Positions 25,534 through 33,606 of a stretch of DNA of 64,000 nt are shown here, in pieces. The stretch lies in the IMG/VR virus record IMGVR_UViG_3300031525_000004; one strand, 5' to 3'. How positions within the stretch are numbered: the stretch's first letter is position 1; every line of letters starts with the position of its first letter. The stretch is from a virus. The notes below the pieces were generated by a model that had not been told where the DNA came from, did not search any database, and worked only from the letters and a program-made list of their open reading frames with translations. A program made the position numbers and the translations under genes.

Positions 25534-25899
25534 ATGGAAGAGAAGCAACCAATGTGCCTCGTTAAGACAGGCGGCCTGATCGGCCTGATGATGACTCGCG
25601 CCGAGGGAAAGTATCTAATCCATGGATTCGAAAGCGAGACCGACGGGATTCGGTATTTTGAAGACGCCTACAATCGGAATCACTCTCGGTCGTATGAGGC
25701 GTCTATGTCGGCATGCCTCAATCGCATCTTCTTTCAACCATCGATTGTCCGCCTGTCGATAGACGAGGTAAGGCCTATTATCGAGGGTGATGGGGTTGTC
25801 ACCGCGATCAATACATCAGGGGGAATGGTGCTACTACCTCTTCTGAAAAAGCAAGCCGAGACCTTGTGGAATAGCGGCGTCAAGCCGAGATTGATTTAA
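25534..25899 (+). CDS. Hypothetical protein
   Basis: Start moved to the ATG after GAAAGGAAAGCG. Confidence 0.55.
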   Translation: MEEKQPMCLVKTGGLIGLMMTRAEGKYLIHGFESETDGIRYFEDAYNRNHSRSYEASMSACLNRIFFQPSIVRLSIDEVRPIIEGDGVVTAINTSGGMVLLPLLKKQAETLWNSGVKPRLI

Positions 25900-25912
25900 G
25901 AAAGGAAAGCTA

Positions 25913-25978
25913 ATGGTAACTCAAGATTCATTCCGCGAGGATGTCAAGGCGACTATTGTGAAGGTGGAACCGAAGTGA
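25913..25978 (+). CDS. Micro-ORF (21 aa) coupled to the next gene
   Basis: GAAAGGAAAGC RBS motif upstream. MVTQDSFREDVKATIVKVEPK. Its TGA overlaps the GTG of 25975 (GTGA). Confidence 0.35.
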   Translation: MVTQDSFREDVKATIVKVEPK

Positions 25979-26493
25979 AGCAACCCTGCAAATACTGTCT
26001 CCGTCCAATCGACCCGCGCGGGATGCTGTCGCACCTGCATTTCAAGCACGCGCGCTGCATCCGGCACGAGTTTGCACTCAACCCGCTGGTGCAAATGATG
26101 CGGCTGATGTGGGATGGAGAGATGCCGTATTTCAGCCAGAAGCAACTTCCGGCGCCGAATCCGCTCACTGTCTACAGCACGCGGCCGCTGGGCATGATGG
26201 CTGCTCCCCTGCCGTGGATGCGCAGGCCGAAGGGGTACACTCCGCCACAGGGATATGCGCAGCCTTGGAAGCAAGTTCACTACACCTGGAGGTATTGGGA
26301 TGAAGATCATCGCATCAATCAACGAATACGAGTTCATCGCGCAGTTGACCAAGCAGGAAATCGACTATCTTGCTGGTATGCAGATTGGCCACGACAAAGG
26401 CTACTACGGTGGACGGGCGATTCGTGCTGGCACCACCTTCGACATAACCAAGGCCTTCGAGCAGATCCATCGCAACAGCCAGCGCAAACGTGA
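25975..26493 (+). CDS. Hypothetical protein; 3' third probably not coding in this frame
   Basis: GC3-rich codons and a plausible sequence (CKYCLRPIDPRG...) run up to ~26300. After that, third-position GC drops while the overlapping frame of 26300..26605 becomes GC3-rich. Confidence 0.4.
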   Translation: MKQPCKYCLRPIDPRGMLSHLHFKHARCIRHEFALNPLVQMMRLMWDGEMPYFSQKQLPAPNPLTVYSTRPLGMMAAPLPWMRRPKGYTPPQGYAQPWKQVHYTWRYWDEDHRINQRIRVHRAVDQAGNRLSCWYADWPRQRLLRWTGDSCWHHLRHNQGLRADPSQQPAQT

Positions 26494-26605
26494 GATCGAC
26501 ACCGTTCGTAAGACGCTGGAAGGCGTCCTCAACTCTCTCGACATCATTGAGCCGTTTATCGAGGAGCCGAAGGTGGAGGAACCTTTAGCGGAGGCGCAGC
26601 CATGA
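26300..26605 (+). CDS. Hypothetical protein
   Basis: RBS GGAGG upstream. GC3-rich codons checked by eye. MKIIASINEYEFIAQLTKQEIDYLAG... Confidence 0.65.
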   Translation: MKIIASINEYEFIAQLTKQEIDYLAGMQIGHDKGYYGGRAIRAGTTFDITKAFEQIHRNSQRKREIDTVRKTLEGVLNSLDIIEPFIEEPKVEEPLAEAQP

Positions 26606-26877
26606 GCCACACGCCCGGACCGTGGACCATAAACCATAGAGACGGAAGCACGAAACTCGACACGCCCGAAGGCTGCATCATGTGCGACGAGCAGTATTAC
26701 CCGTGGACGCCTGACAAAGATGAGGATTGGCGACTGATTGCCGCCTCGCCCGACATGCTGGCCCTGCTGAAGCGTTACGTCGCCGAAGACCCTTGCGCTC
26801 CCGGCGATCCGCGGTACAAAGAAGCCTTGGCGCTGATTGACCGCGTTGAGCTACAGGGCGCAATTCCACCATTCTAG
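26602..26877 (+). CDS. PGPW-motif small phage protein (Ead/Ea22-like)
   Basis: ATGA overlap. MSHTPGPWTI...LIAASPDMLALLKRYV is the typical pattern of this phage family (from memory). Confidence 0.6.
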   Translation: MSHTPGPWTINHRDGSTKLDTPEGCIMCDEQYYPWTPDKDEDWRLIAASPDMLALLKRYVAEDPCAPGDPRYKEALALIDRVELQGAIPPF

Positions 26878-26889
26878 GGAGGTGCAATC

Positions 26890-27132
26890 TTGAAACGAAC
26901 GAAGCGGGTATGGAATGTAACATTCACCGTCACGGATGATCTCAATAGTCCTCTGACCAAGGATTATCGCCGGCGCACAGTGCTCTATACGAAGAAGGCG
27001 CTGGAAGAGTCAATCCGCTACATCATGGAGAAGGAATTCTCCGACCTCAAGGCCAAGAACATCACCGTCTCCGACGCCAGCAAAGACCAGATGCTGCTTG
27101 AACCGCGAAGGCCACCATGCACACCAAGCTAA
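26890..27132 (+). CDS. Hypothetical protein
   Basis: TTG start after GGGAGG. 80 aa. Confidence 0.45.
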   Translation: MKRTKRVWNVTFTVTDDLNSPLTKDYRRRTVLYTKKALEESIRYIMEKEFSDLKAKNITVSDASKDQMLLEPRRPPCTPS

Positions 27133-27374
27133 TAGTCTCGCAGGAACTCTTCGAATCCCGCCGCGACCGCATGAAGAAACTGATCGAGTTGGACGCGCCG
27201 GCAATGATCATCGGAGCCGAGGCCCGGCTACTGGCCAGGTGCTTCTCCTGGACGTGGTGCGACCGCTGGAACCACTGGTACATGAACAAGTCGCCGGGCT
27301 GGCTGATGTGGCTTACGTCGAAGAAGTACCGGCAGTTTTGCGCGGAAGACGATGGATGGGATGGTGGAGCATGA
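27117..27374 (+). CDS. Hypothetical protein
   Basis: 85-aa ORF that overlaps its neighbours by a few codons. Confidence 0.5.
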   Translation: MHTKLIVSQELFESRRDRMKKLIELDAPAMIIGAEARLLARCFSWTWCDRWNHWYMNKSPGWLMWLTSKKYRQFCAEDDGWDGGA

Positions 27375-27544
27375 AAGAAGTCCTCGACATCAACGCAGCC
27401 GCCGAGTACCTTGGAGTTTCCAGGGACACGCTGTACAAGTACGCCGCCTCCGGTTTCGTGCCGGGATTCCGCCTCGGAAATCGCTGGCGGTTCTCGCTCA
27501 AGCGGCTCAACGAGTGGATGGTGGCGCAGGAGAAGAAGCCATGA
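27371..27544 (+). CDS. Excisionase-family helix-turn-helix DNA-binding protein
   Basis: MKEVLDINAAAEYLGVSRDTLYKYAASGFVPGFRLGNRWRFSLKRLNEWM fits the MerR-like excisionase HTH pattern. ATGA overlap. Confidence 0.75.
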   Translation: MKEVLDINAAAEYLGVSRDTLYKYAASGFVPGFRLGNRWRFSLKRLNEWMVAQEKKP

Positions 27545-27741
27545 CCGAAGAATGGAGCGAAGCCATGATTCCTATATGGGGACCGCCTAAGCCCGCAAGC
27601 GATTTATCTCCTTCCGCCTTAGCGAAGGATGACAGGCGCAGATGTCACTTTTGCAAGAATGCTGGCGAACCCTGCAAATATTGTTTTGGAACGGGATGGC
27701 TGGAAGGGTTGCATCCTCGCAAGAAGCAGGTGAAGCCATGA
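27541..27741 (+). CDS. Small Cys-rich protein
   Basis: ATGA overlap. Contains CHFCKNAGEPCKYCFGTG. Confidence 0.55.
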   Translation: MTEEWSEAMIPIWGPPKPASDLSPSALAKDDRRRCHFCKNAGEPCKYCFGTGWLEGLHPRKKQVKP

Positions 27742-28109
27742 GCGTTAAGAAGATCGTAGTGCCGGAAGGAATGCGAGAGGTGTTCCATAAAGCCGAGAAC
27801 CACGACGGCTACAAGTGGGACGATGCCGTTCTGGATCATATGCTTGAGGCTGCGCTCCGCTGGCTAGATGGTGAACTTGAGAAGATGATTCCGAAAAAAA
27901 CAAGCGACCTGAGATACTACCGCTCCCCGAGCATGGCGGATACCTACCAGGATAACGGATACAAGTTGGCAATCACAGCCGTGCGCCGCATGTTCCTCGC
28001 AGTTGGAGCATTCGATCCTTCGTTGGGCGGAGTTCTGTCTGGACGCACATTCACCCGCGAACAATTAGACGCAATCAAGGAATATCTGGAGGGCGCAGTT
28101 CATGGCTGA
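27738..28109 (+). CDS. Hypothetical protein
   Basis: ATGA overlap. 123 aa. Confidence 0.55.
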   Translation: MSVKKIVVPEGMREVFHKAENHDGYKWDDAVLDHMLEAALRWLDGELEKMIPKKTSDLRYYRSPSMADTYQDNGYKLAITAVRRMFLAVGAFDPSLGGVLSGRTFTREQLDAIKEYLEGAVHG

Positions 28110-28515
28110 TCCGAGAATCATCGTTGACCTAGAAGACCAGTCCCTCGTTGACTCGTACTCGTGGTATGCGGAAAAGGGCAGGAATAGCATCTGCATCGTC
28201 AGAAAAACCAGATGCCGCGCATCAGGTAAGCAGGTCCGCATACCTCTCGCAGAAGCTATCCTTGGGAAACGGGATGGATTTATCGTCGATCACGAAGATG
28301 GCAACCCGTTTAACAATAAAAGAGACAATCTCCGGTACGCCACAACCATCCAAAACAACCGGAACACAAAGCAGCGTAAAAGCGGAACGGGGCTTCGCGG
28401 TGTGCGTGTGACCCCATACGGAAAATGGGTGGCCCGTATCAAGGTGGACGGCCTGGTGATACAGAAGTCTCACGATACTAAGGAAGCTGCAATTGAGTAT
28501 CGGAAAGAACTATAA
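28102..28515 (+). CDS. HNH homing endonuclease with AP2 DNA-binding domain
   Basis: VDHEDGNPFNNKRDNLRYATTIQNNRN (HNH_3 type) followed by GLRGVRVTPYGKWVARIKVDG...KEAAIEYRKE (AP2-like). Confidence 0.85.
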   Translation: MADPRIIVDLEDQSLVDSYSWYAEKGRNSICIVRKTRCRASGKQVRIPLAEAILGKRDGFIVDHEDGNPFNNKRDNLRYATTIQNNRNTKQRKSGTGLRGVRVTPYGKWVARIKVDGLVIQKSHDTKEAAIEYRKEL

Positions 28516-28588
28516 CGCCATCATTTTGGTGAGTTTGCGAGGACAACATGAACGACAAGATTGGTATCCGCCGTGGCCAGAGGTCGAA

Positions 28589-28777
28589 ATGAGCGAAGAT
28601 AAGGTTCTCGTCACCACCACCTACTACCGCGACGAGACAGGCGAGGCTCGCATCCGCGTAACCTGTGGCAGCACGATCCCGAGCGACCAGCCGAACCCGT
28701 ATTTCTTTGTGGACACCGAGCAGATGAAGCCGTGGTTTCAAGTCTTTGGGGAAGAGAAAGGAATGGTGAGGCAGTGA
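28589..28777 (+). CDS. Hypothetical protein
   Basis: 62 aa from an internal ATG of track ORF 28493..28777. Confidence 0.45.
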   Translation: MSEDKVLVTTTYYRDETGEARIRVTCGSTIPSDQPNPYFFVDTEQMKPWFQVFGEEKGMVRQ

Positions 28778-29067
28778 AGGTCGAAAAGTGGGTTGATATC
28801 CCGAGCATGGAAGTCACGGTCCATATCAGCGGCGATGACGCGGTGCAGGCCATCCTCGACGACGAAGCCGACAGCGGCTGGACGATGGAGGCGCGGCTCA
28901 AGAAGGTGCTCAACAATCTAGCCGCGTTCTTCAAAGCTGTGCCGGCGGAAGTAATTGCTGGACTCTCGGATACGGTGCGCGAGATGATTGGCAAGTTCCT
29001 GCGCGAGCAGGCGGAGCGATTCTGGCCGGAGGTGAAGCGTGAAGATAGATTGCGGTCTATGCGATAA
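28774..29067 (+). CDS. Hypothetical protein
   Basis: GTG start overlaps the previous stop (GTGA). Confidence 0.45.
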   Translation: MKVEKWVDIPSMEVTVHISGDDAVQAILDDEADSGWTMEARLKKVLNNLAAFFKAVPAEVIAGLSDTVREMIGKFLREQAERFWPEVKREDRLRSMR

Positions 29068-29563
29068 GACCTTTGATGACGGCCTGCGGGAGATCGCCTG
29101 CCCTCATAATCTGCTGCCATATTCGACGGAGGTCAGCAGCGGCATCTTCGATATTCCGAAGGTGACCCAGGAGCCTAAGTTCGAGGTCAAGCCTATTCCT
29201 GGCCGCGAGTTCTCCGATTGGCCCATAGATGAAGAGATACTGGCGCGGTCGATCTACGAGGATGGCAAGGGCTACCCAAACGCTTCCTTTCTGCCAATGC
29301 CGGAGATTCCGATTACGGCGGCGGAATGCCTAAAAAACATGAATGCGGCGATTGATAGACTGAGCGGATCAAAACCCTCGTGGGAATTCCCAAAAGTGGG
29401 TGGATTTCCCTTCGGCGCGATGGAATTCCGCGAAAGCGACCGCGTTCCCAAGGGCGAAATGTGGCTCGTTGACCGGATCGGCGTCGTCCACAAGATCATC
29501 AACATCGGCAACGCGCTGCATGACGCGGACGCGATCAGCCTCTGTATCGGGGAGCACAAATGA
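29039..29563 (+). CDS. Hypothetical protein
   Basis: 174-aa ORF with a GTG start after GGAGG. Confidence 0.55.
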   Translation: MKIDCGLCDKTFDDGLREIACPHNLLPYSTEVSSGIFDIPKVTQEPKFEVKPIPGREFSDWPIDEEILARSIYEDGKGYPNASFLPMPEIPITAAECLKNMNAAIDRLSGSKPSWEFPKVGGFPFGAMEFRESDRVPKGEMWLVDRIGVVHKIINIGNALHDADAISLCIGEHK

Positions 29564-29874
29564 ACGACGAATCAGACGTGACAGTGAACCCTCACACCCT
29601 CGAAGGAATGATCGCGCGAGTCAACCGGCTCCCCGGCTGGACTCTGTTTCCGCCGCACCTCGATGCTCTTGGCGACCGCGTGGAGATCGCGAAGCAGATT
29701 GCCGAGGCGACTGGCACCGCGCTGGAATGGTCAGAAGGCGGAAGCCCGCGATTCATGCCGAAGGACGAGACCCTGGCCGAAGTGATTCGAGCCGGTTGGC
29801 GAAACATCAACTTGGATGTCGAAGATCATGGAGCGCCACGCTTTCATGACGATACTGGAGCCTGTCGACGATGA
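29560..29874 (+). CDS. Hypothetical protein
   Basis: ATGA overlap. 104 aa. Confidence 0.55.
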   Translation: MNDESDVTVNPHTLEGMIARVNRLPGWTLFPPHLDALGDRVEIAKQIAEATGTALEWSEGGSPRFMPKDETLAEVIRAGWRNINLDVEDHGAPRFHDDTGACRR

Positions 29875-30026
29875 ACTGGATCACAGCAAAATTCAAAGGC
29901 GAGTGCGCCCGATGCACGGTTAACATCGACGAAGGCGAGCGCATCCTGTTCGACGCCGAGGAGCGCGAAGTCTACTGCAAACGGTGCGGCGAGCGGATTA
30001 AGCCGGACCCGAAAGGAAAGAGATGA
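29871..30026 (+). CDS. Zn-ribbon small protein (51 aa; below ORF-track cutoff)
   Basis: Own translation: MNWITAKFKGECARCTVNIDEGERILFDAEEREVYCKRCGERIKPDPKGKR. ATGA overlaps at both ends. Confidence 0.55.
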   Translation: MNWITAKFKGECARCTVNIDEGERILFDAEEREVYCKRCGERIKPDPKGKR

Positions 30027-30250
30027 AGACTCGCATACAATTCGATTTCACCGAGGAAGCGGCGCGGGAACTGGACGAACTCAAGCGAATCACAGGCTCA
30101 AGCCGTGCCGAAGTTGTCCGCCAGGGATTGCGTATGCTTCAGTGGACTATTGAGCAGATTTACGACAACAAGGCAAAAATATTGGTCGAGAAGGATGGGT
30201 TTCAGCGCGAGGTGATATTCCCGTTTTTATCGAAGAAAGGAAAGAGATGA
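30023..30250 (+). CDS. Ribbon-helix-helix DNA-binding protein
   Basis: TRIQFDFTEEAARELDELKRITGSSRAEVVRQGLRML fits an RHH (CopG/Arc-like) strand-helix-helix. GAAAGGAAAGAG RBS upstream. Confidence 0.6.
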   Translation: MKTRIQFDFTEEAARELDELKRITGSSRAEVVRQGLRMLQWTIEQIYDNKAKILVEKDGFQREVIFPFLSKKGKR

Positions 30251-30331
30251 AGACGAGCTCGAAGACGAAGATTTCGACGATGACGACTTCTACGATGCCG
30301 ACGAAGACGAGACAATGAAGGACGGTTACGC

Positions 30332-30784
30332 ATGATCCGAGTCATTCGCCAACAGCAAGCCTACATGCGCCAGCAGAACAAGCTCTGGCCGTCTACGATG
30401 ACGCTCGTGCCAAAGGACGAATGGCCAAAGACGCTGGCTGCACTGAGAATGCCACCGTTCTCCGTTTTTCGCTCATGCAACTTCGTAGCTCAAGTCTTCG
30501 ACGAAGCACTAGGCGCTCGGCGAATTTCGGTCCAGCGAACCATGATTGATGACGATGGCGAGTGGATTCAGAGGATCACTTGGGACGACCTCATGGGCGT
30601 AAAAGCAGAGTGCGGCTACGGGAATTGCTGGGCCGTCGAAATCTATCCGCCAAACGATGACGTGGTGAACGTCGCCAATATGCGCCATCTTTGGCTAATT
30701 CCGGAAGCGCCACTATTTGCATGGAAGAAAGGGGAATCCTGTGTCTGGTCAGCTATTCAACGATCCACCGGCGACGTATCCTGA
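30332..30784 (+). CDS. Conserved phage protein of unknown function
   Basis: 150 aa. ITWDDLMGVKAECGYGNCWAVEIYPPNDDVVNVANMRHLW resembles a recurrent phage family (from memory, name not certain). Confidence 0.6.
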   Translation: MIRVIRQQQAYMRQQNKLWPSTMTLVPKDEWPKTLAALRMPPFSVFRSCNFVAQVFDEALGARRISVQRTMIDDDGEWIQRITWDDLMGVKAECGYGNCWAVEIYPPNDDVVNVANMRHLWLIPEAPLFAWKKGESCVWSAIQRSTGDVS

Positions 30785-31409
30785 TTCCGTCCTTCTCTCG
30801 ATCTACAACGCCTATCCGCGCAAATGCAATCGCAAGGAGGCGCTGAAGCGCATCAGCGAGGCCCTGGACCGGATCTGCGCCGGCGAGATTGACGGCCAGC
30901 CGCGGAGCCAGCCGGAGGCGATTGCTTTCCTGCGAGAGAAGACAGATGCCGCGCGCCGCGAGATGTTCGGCCGCGAGGAGAAGTGGATTCCTCACGCGAC
31001 GACGTTCTACCACGGTTCTCGCTATCTGAGGTCTGCCCCGAAGCTAGAACTGCCGCCGCGCCTGGACGCCTGCGTGGGCATTCTCTCCCTGTACCCGAAG
31101 TCTTCCCCGGCGAATACGATCTGGGACAACATAGAGGCCTACCTGCCTGCGCTGGCCGCTATCGACAAGGCTCTGGAGCGCATGGAGCGGACGGCTCACC
31201 CGCTCAACTGCGAGCGGAGCCTGAAATCCAGAACGGAAATCTACGCGATGGCAGTGAAGCAATGGCCAGTCGCCGACCTTCAATTTGTGCCAGCAGCGAA
31301 GCGATGGTTCGATGAAGAGAGGTTCAATCACAATGAGCAGTCTTGGCAGCGGCAGTGCAATGACGGATTCCAGGCCGAACGCGATCAGATCAGCAGACTT
31401 GTCCAATAG
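30741..31409 (+). CDS. Hypothetical protein (YPRK-motif phage family)
   Basis: GTG start chosen after AAGAAAGGGGA. Contains SIYNAYPRKCNRKEALKRISEAL. Start uncertain (the track gives TTG at 30717). Confidence 0.5.
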   Translation: MSGQLFNDPPATYPDSVLLSIYNAYPRKCNRKEALKRISEALDRICAGEIDGQPRSQPEAIAFLREKTDAARREMFGREEKWIPHATTFYHGSRYLRSAPKLELPPRLDACVGILSLYPKSSPANTIWDNIEAYLPALAAIDKALERMERTAHPLNCERSLKSRTEIYAMAVKQWPVADLQFVPAAKRWFDEERFNHNEQSWQRQCNDGFQAERDQISRLVQ

Positions 31410-31956
31410 CGAAAAAGTGGCGGCCGTCGCGTGGCAGACCGTGCGCGAGATGTTCCCGGTCGCCAACAACGAGAGCGACTACGCCGTCAAGACCCGGCTT
31501 CGGCTTCTGGGAAAGATAGTGGACGAGATTGGCTATGAGCGGTTCATGGAGGCGCTGGATCAGGCTATGTCGATCAGCCAGCGGCGGTACGACGTGACTC
31601 CGGCCAGAATCAGGGAATGCGCCGGGCTGCGCTGGGTGTCTCCGCCTACCGCCGCCGCGCTGAGTTGGGAATGGGTCATGCGCGTCTTCGTCGACCACTG
31701 CCGCGTCGACGGCAAAGGTAATTTCCATCTGGAGGACAAGGTGGTCATGCTGGACGGGCTGGCAACCGTGACGCCAGCACCGAAGGTTCCGCAGGCGATT
31801 CAGCGCGCGCTGCGTTCCATGGGCGGATGGTCTGCTATTTCGGAGGCGTTCCCCGAGTACATCGGCCAGCGCTACGCGCAGTTCAAGGAACTGTTTCACG
31901 AGGACGAGCCCGGTCCACGCGCAGACTTGGGAGTGGGGCTGGAGAAGATCGGATGA
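31360..31956 (+). CDS. Hypothetical protein
   Basis: In-frame starts at 31285, 31333, 31360 and 31417 (GTG). The exact start is unresolved. Confidence 0.5.
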   Translation: MTDSRPNAIRSADLSNSEKVAAVAWQTVREMFPVANNESDYAVKTRLRLLGKIVDEIGYERFMEALDQAMSISQRRYDVTPARIRECAGLRWVSPPTAAALSWEWVMRVFVDHCRVDGKGNFHLEDKVVMLDGLATVTPAPKVPQAIQRALRSMGGWSAISEAFPEYIGQRYAQFKELFHEDEPGPRADLGVGLEKIG

Positions 31957-31960
31957 GTGA

Positions 31961-32458
31961 CTACTTATTTTTAACCTGCCATCCATCGATAGGCGCATAT
32001 CCAAGAGCCCGAGTATGAGGCGCGATGGCAGATGCGGGTTCTTGGGCAACCTTGGCGCGGCGAAGTATTTTCTGGGTCTGTTTCCGTAGAATCGTCCACA
32101 CTTGAGCAGGTAGTGGCAATCCACCCTTATGCCGGCTATGAAAAATCGCATGGCATTCAGAGCATAGCCAGCAGCAATGGTAATGCTTTGTTTGGTATAT
32201 GTCGTCTGGATAATACATGTGGTGAAGGTGAAGGGATTTGGCGGAAAGGCACCCGAGGCACTCTCTCTTGCCTGGCATTGTTCGCTTCAACTCAGACCAT
32301 GCGAGTGAACTAAGGTATTCCTCGTATACCGTCCTGCGGTAAGATGGTTCCGGTGGGGTTGGCACGGATCGCTCCTCGAAAGCGTAAAGTGTGTGGGAGT
32401 TGACGCTCCCACAACCCCATTGTATTCCTAGCTTCGCTAATTTTCCTCCGCAAACCAA
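31961..32458 (-). CDS. HNH-like endonuclease on the opposite strand (moron/homing insert)
   Basis: YEEYLSSLAWSELKRT...CLGC...LHLHHMYYP...WLCSECHAIFH fits a CxxC...HH...CxxCH HNH pattern. The locally lower GC stretch interrupts the rightward block. Confidence 0.5.
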   Translation of the reverse strand: MVCGGKLAKLGIQWGCGSVNSHTLYAFEERSVPTPPEPSYRRTVYEEYLSSLAWSELKRTMPGKRECLGCLSAKSLHLHHMYYPDDIYQTKHYHCCWLCSECHAIFHSRHKGGLPLPAQVWTILRKQTQKILRRAKVAQEPASAIAPHTRALGYAPIDGWQVKNK

Positions 32459-32492
32459 CCCAAAAAGTCGCCACCCGGTCTACAATTTCCGC

Positions 32493-33308
32493 GTGTCCAC
32501 TCAATCTGTAATTTCGACGACCCCGCATTACCTGCCCCAAGGCGAAGTCCTCTCGCCCGAATCTCAGCCAATACAGGATCTTCACCGCGAGCTCGTCTCG
32601 GCGGCGCGCGCCCTGCGCTCGTGTCTCGCTAAGGTCTCGTACTACGGCTGGCGGATGCGGCTGTGCGAGGGCTGGACGGCGCTGGCCTATCCGGCTGGCA
32701 GCAAAGGGGAAGAGGCCTACGCGGAGTCCATTGGCATACCCCGCAGCACATGGTACCGCCACGTCAGGATCGGTCAGCTACTTCACCAACTCACATACGA
32801 AGACCTCGAGCGCATCCCGACGACAAACGCCGAACTGCTGATCCAGGTCAACCCGGCCATCTGCCACGATTTCAACTGGACCCGCGAAGCGCAAGTGCTG
32901 AAGCCAAACAAATTCGCCGAACTCGTCGCCCAGCGCAACAAGGCCGCCGGCGATGACCGCGAGCCGCTCGCATCTCTGGTCCTCAAGGTGCCGTTTCTGG
33001 CCAAGCAGGCCGTCGAGTCCATGATCGAGGATTTCCAGCACAAGCACCAGTTGAATTCCAAGGGCCAGGCGCTCGAATTGATGATTGCCGATCGCAGCCA
33101 GGACGCAAGCCTGCTGAGTTCCGTGCATCAGGCCCGTCAACTCTTGGTGGGCGTCGAAGAGTTGATGAAGCAGCGCGGCGCCGAGGATTCGGACGAGATT
33201 CGGTGGATTCACATGGCGAAGGAGATTTTGGATGAGAGCTACGAGAAAACGGTTCAAGCCGCCCGATCGAAGCCCGAAGGCCGTAAAGCGACTGGAGGAC
33301 GGGCGTGA
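32493..33308 (+). CDS. Hypothetical protein with HTH-like segment
   Basis: GTG at 32493 lies 6 nt after TACAAT (32481-32486). Contains ESIGIPRSTWYRHVRIGQLL. The track ORF begins at 32391 but overlaps the reverse gene. Confidence 0.5.
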   Translation: MSTQSVISTTPHYLPQGEVLSPESQPIQDLHRELVSAARALRSCLAKVSYYGWRMRLCEGWTALAYPAGSKGEEAYAESIGIPRSTWYRHVRIGQLLHQLTYEDLERIPTTNAELLIQVNPAICHDFNWTREAQVLKPNKFAELVAQRNKAAGDDREPLASLVLKVPFLAKQAVESMIEDFQHKHQLNSKGQALELMIADRSQDASLLSSVHQARQLLVGVEELMKQRGAEDSDEIRWIHMAKEILDESYEKTVQAARSKPEGRKATGGRA

Positions 33309-33606
33309 AATCTGCCTCCAAAATGCGGCAGGGCGCGCAGAGTACAAACTCCGAAAGATGCGTATGTGGCAACGTCAGTCGGGAATTTGCAGCCTCTGTA
33401 ACCAACCTGTATCGCTGGTCGAATGCACGTTTGAACACGCACAAGGCAGAACGTCAGGACGCAAAGATGAGCGCATCGTTAATGAAAATGGCGAGCCATG
33501 CAATTCCGTATGCCATCGCAAATGCAACAACGCGAAGGGGAGCAAGCATTTTCAGCCGGCTATTCCCCGCGGCTTTGATCCTCCTCTTGAGTTTGAGCGC
33601 GACTAG
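33232..33606 (+). CDS. HNH endonuclease
   Basis: CSLCNQP...FEH...DERIVNENGEPCNSVCHRKCNNAKGS is an HNH-type pattern. Confidence 0.65.
   Translation: MRATRKRFKPPDRSPKAVKRLEDGREICLQNAAGRAEYKLRKMRMWQRQSGICSLCNQPVSLVECTFEHAQGRTSGRKDERIVNENGEPCNSVCHRKCNNAKGSKHFQPAIPRGFDPPLEFERD

Noticed and set aside
31390-32151. 253-aa minus-strand ORF
   Set aside because: It is mostly antisense to 31360..31956 and out of frame with the HNH-like ORF 31961..32458. It looks like a shadow ORF.
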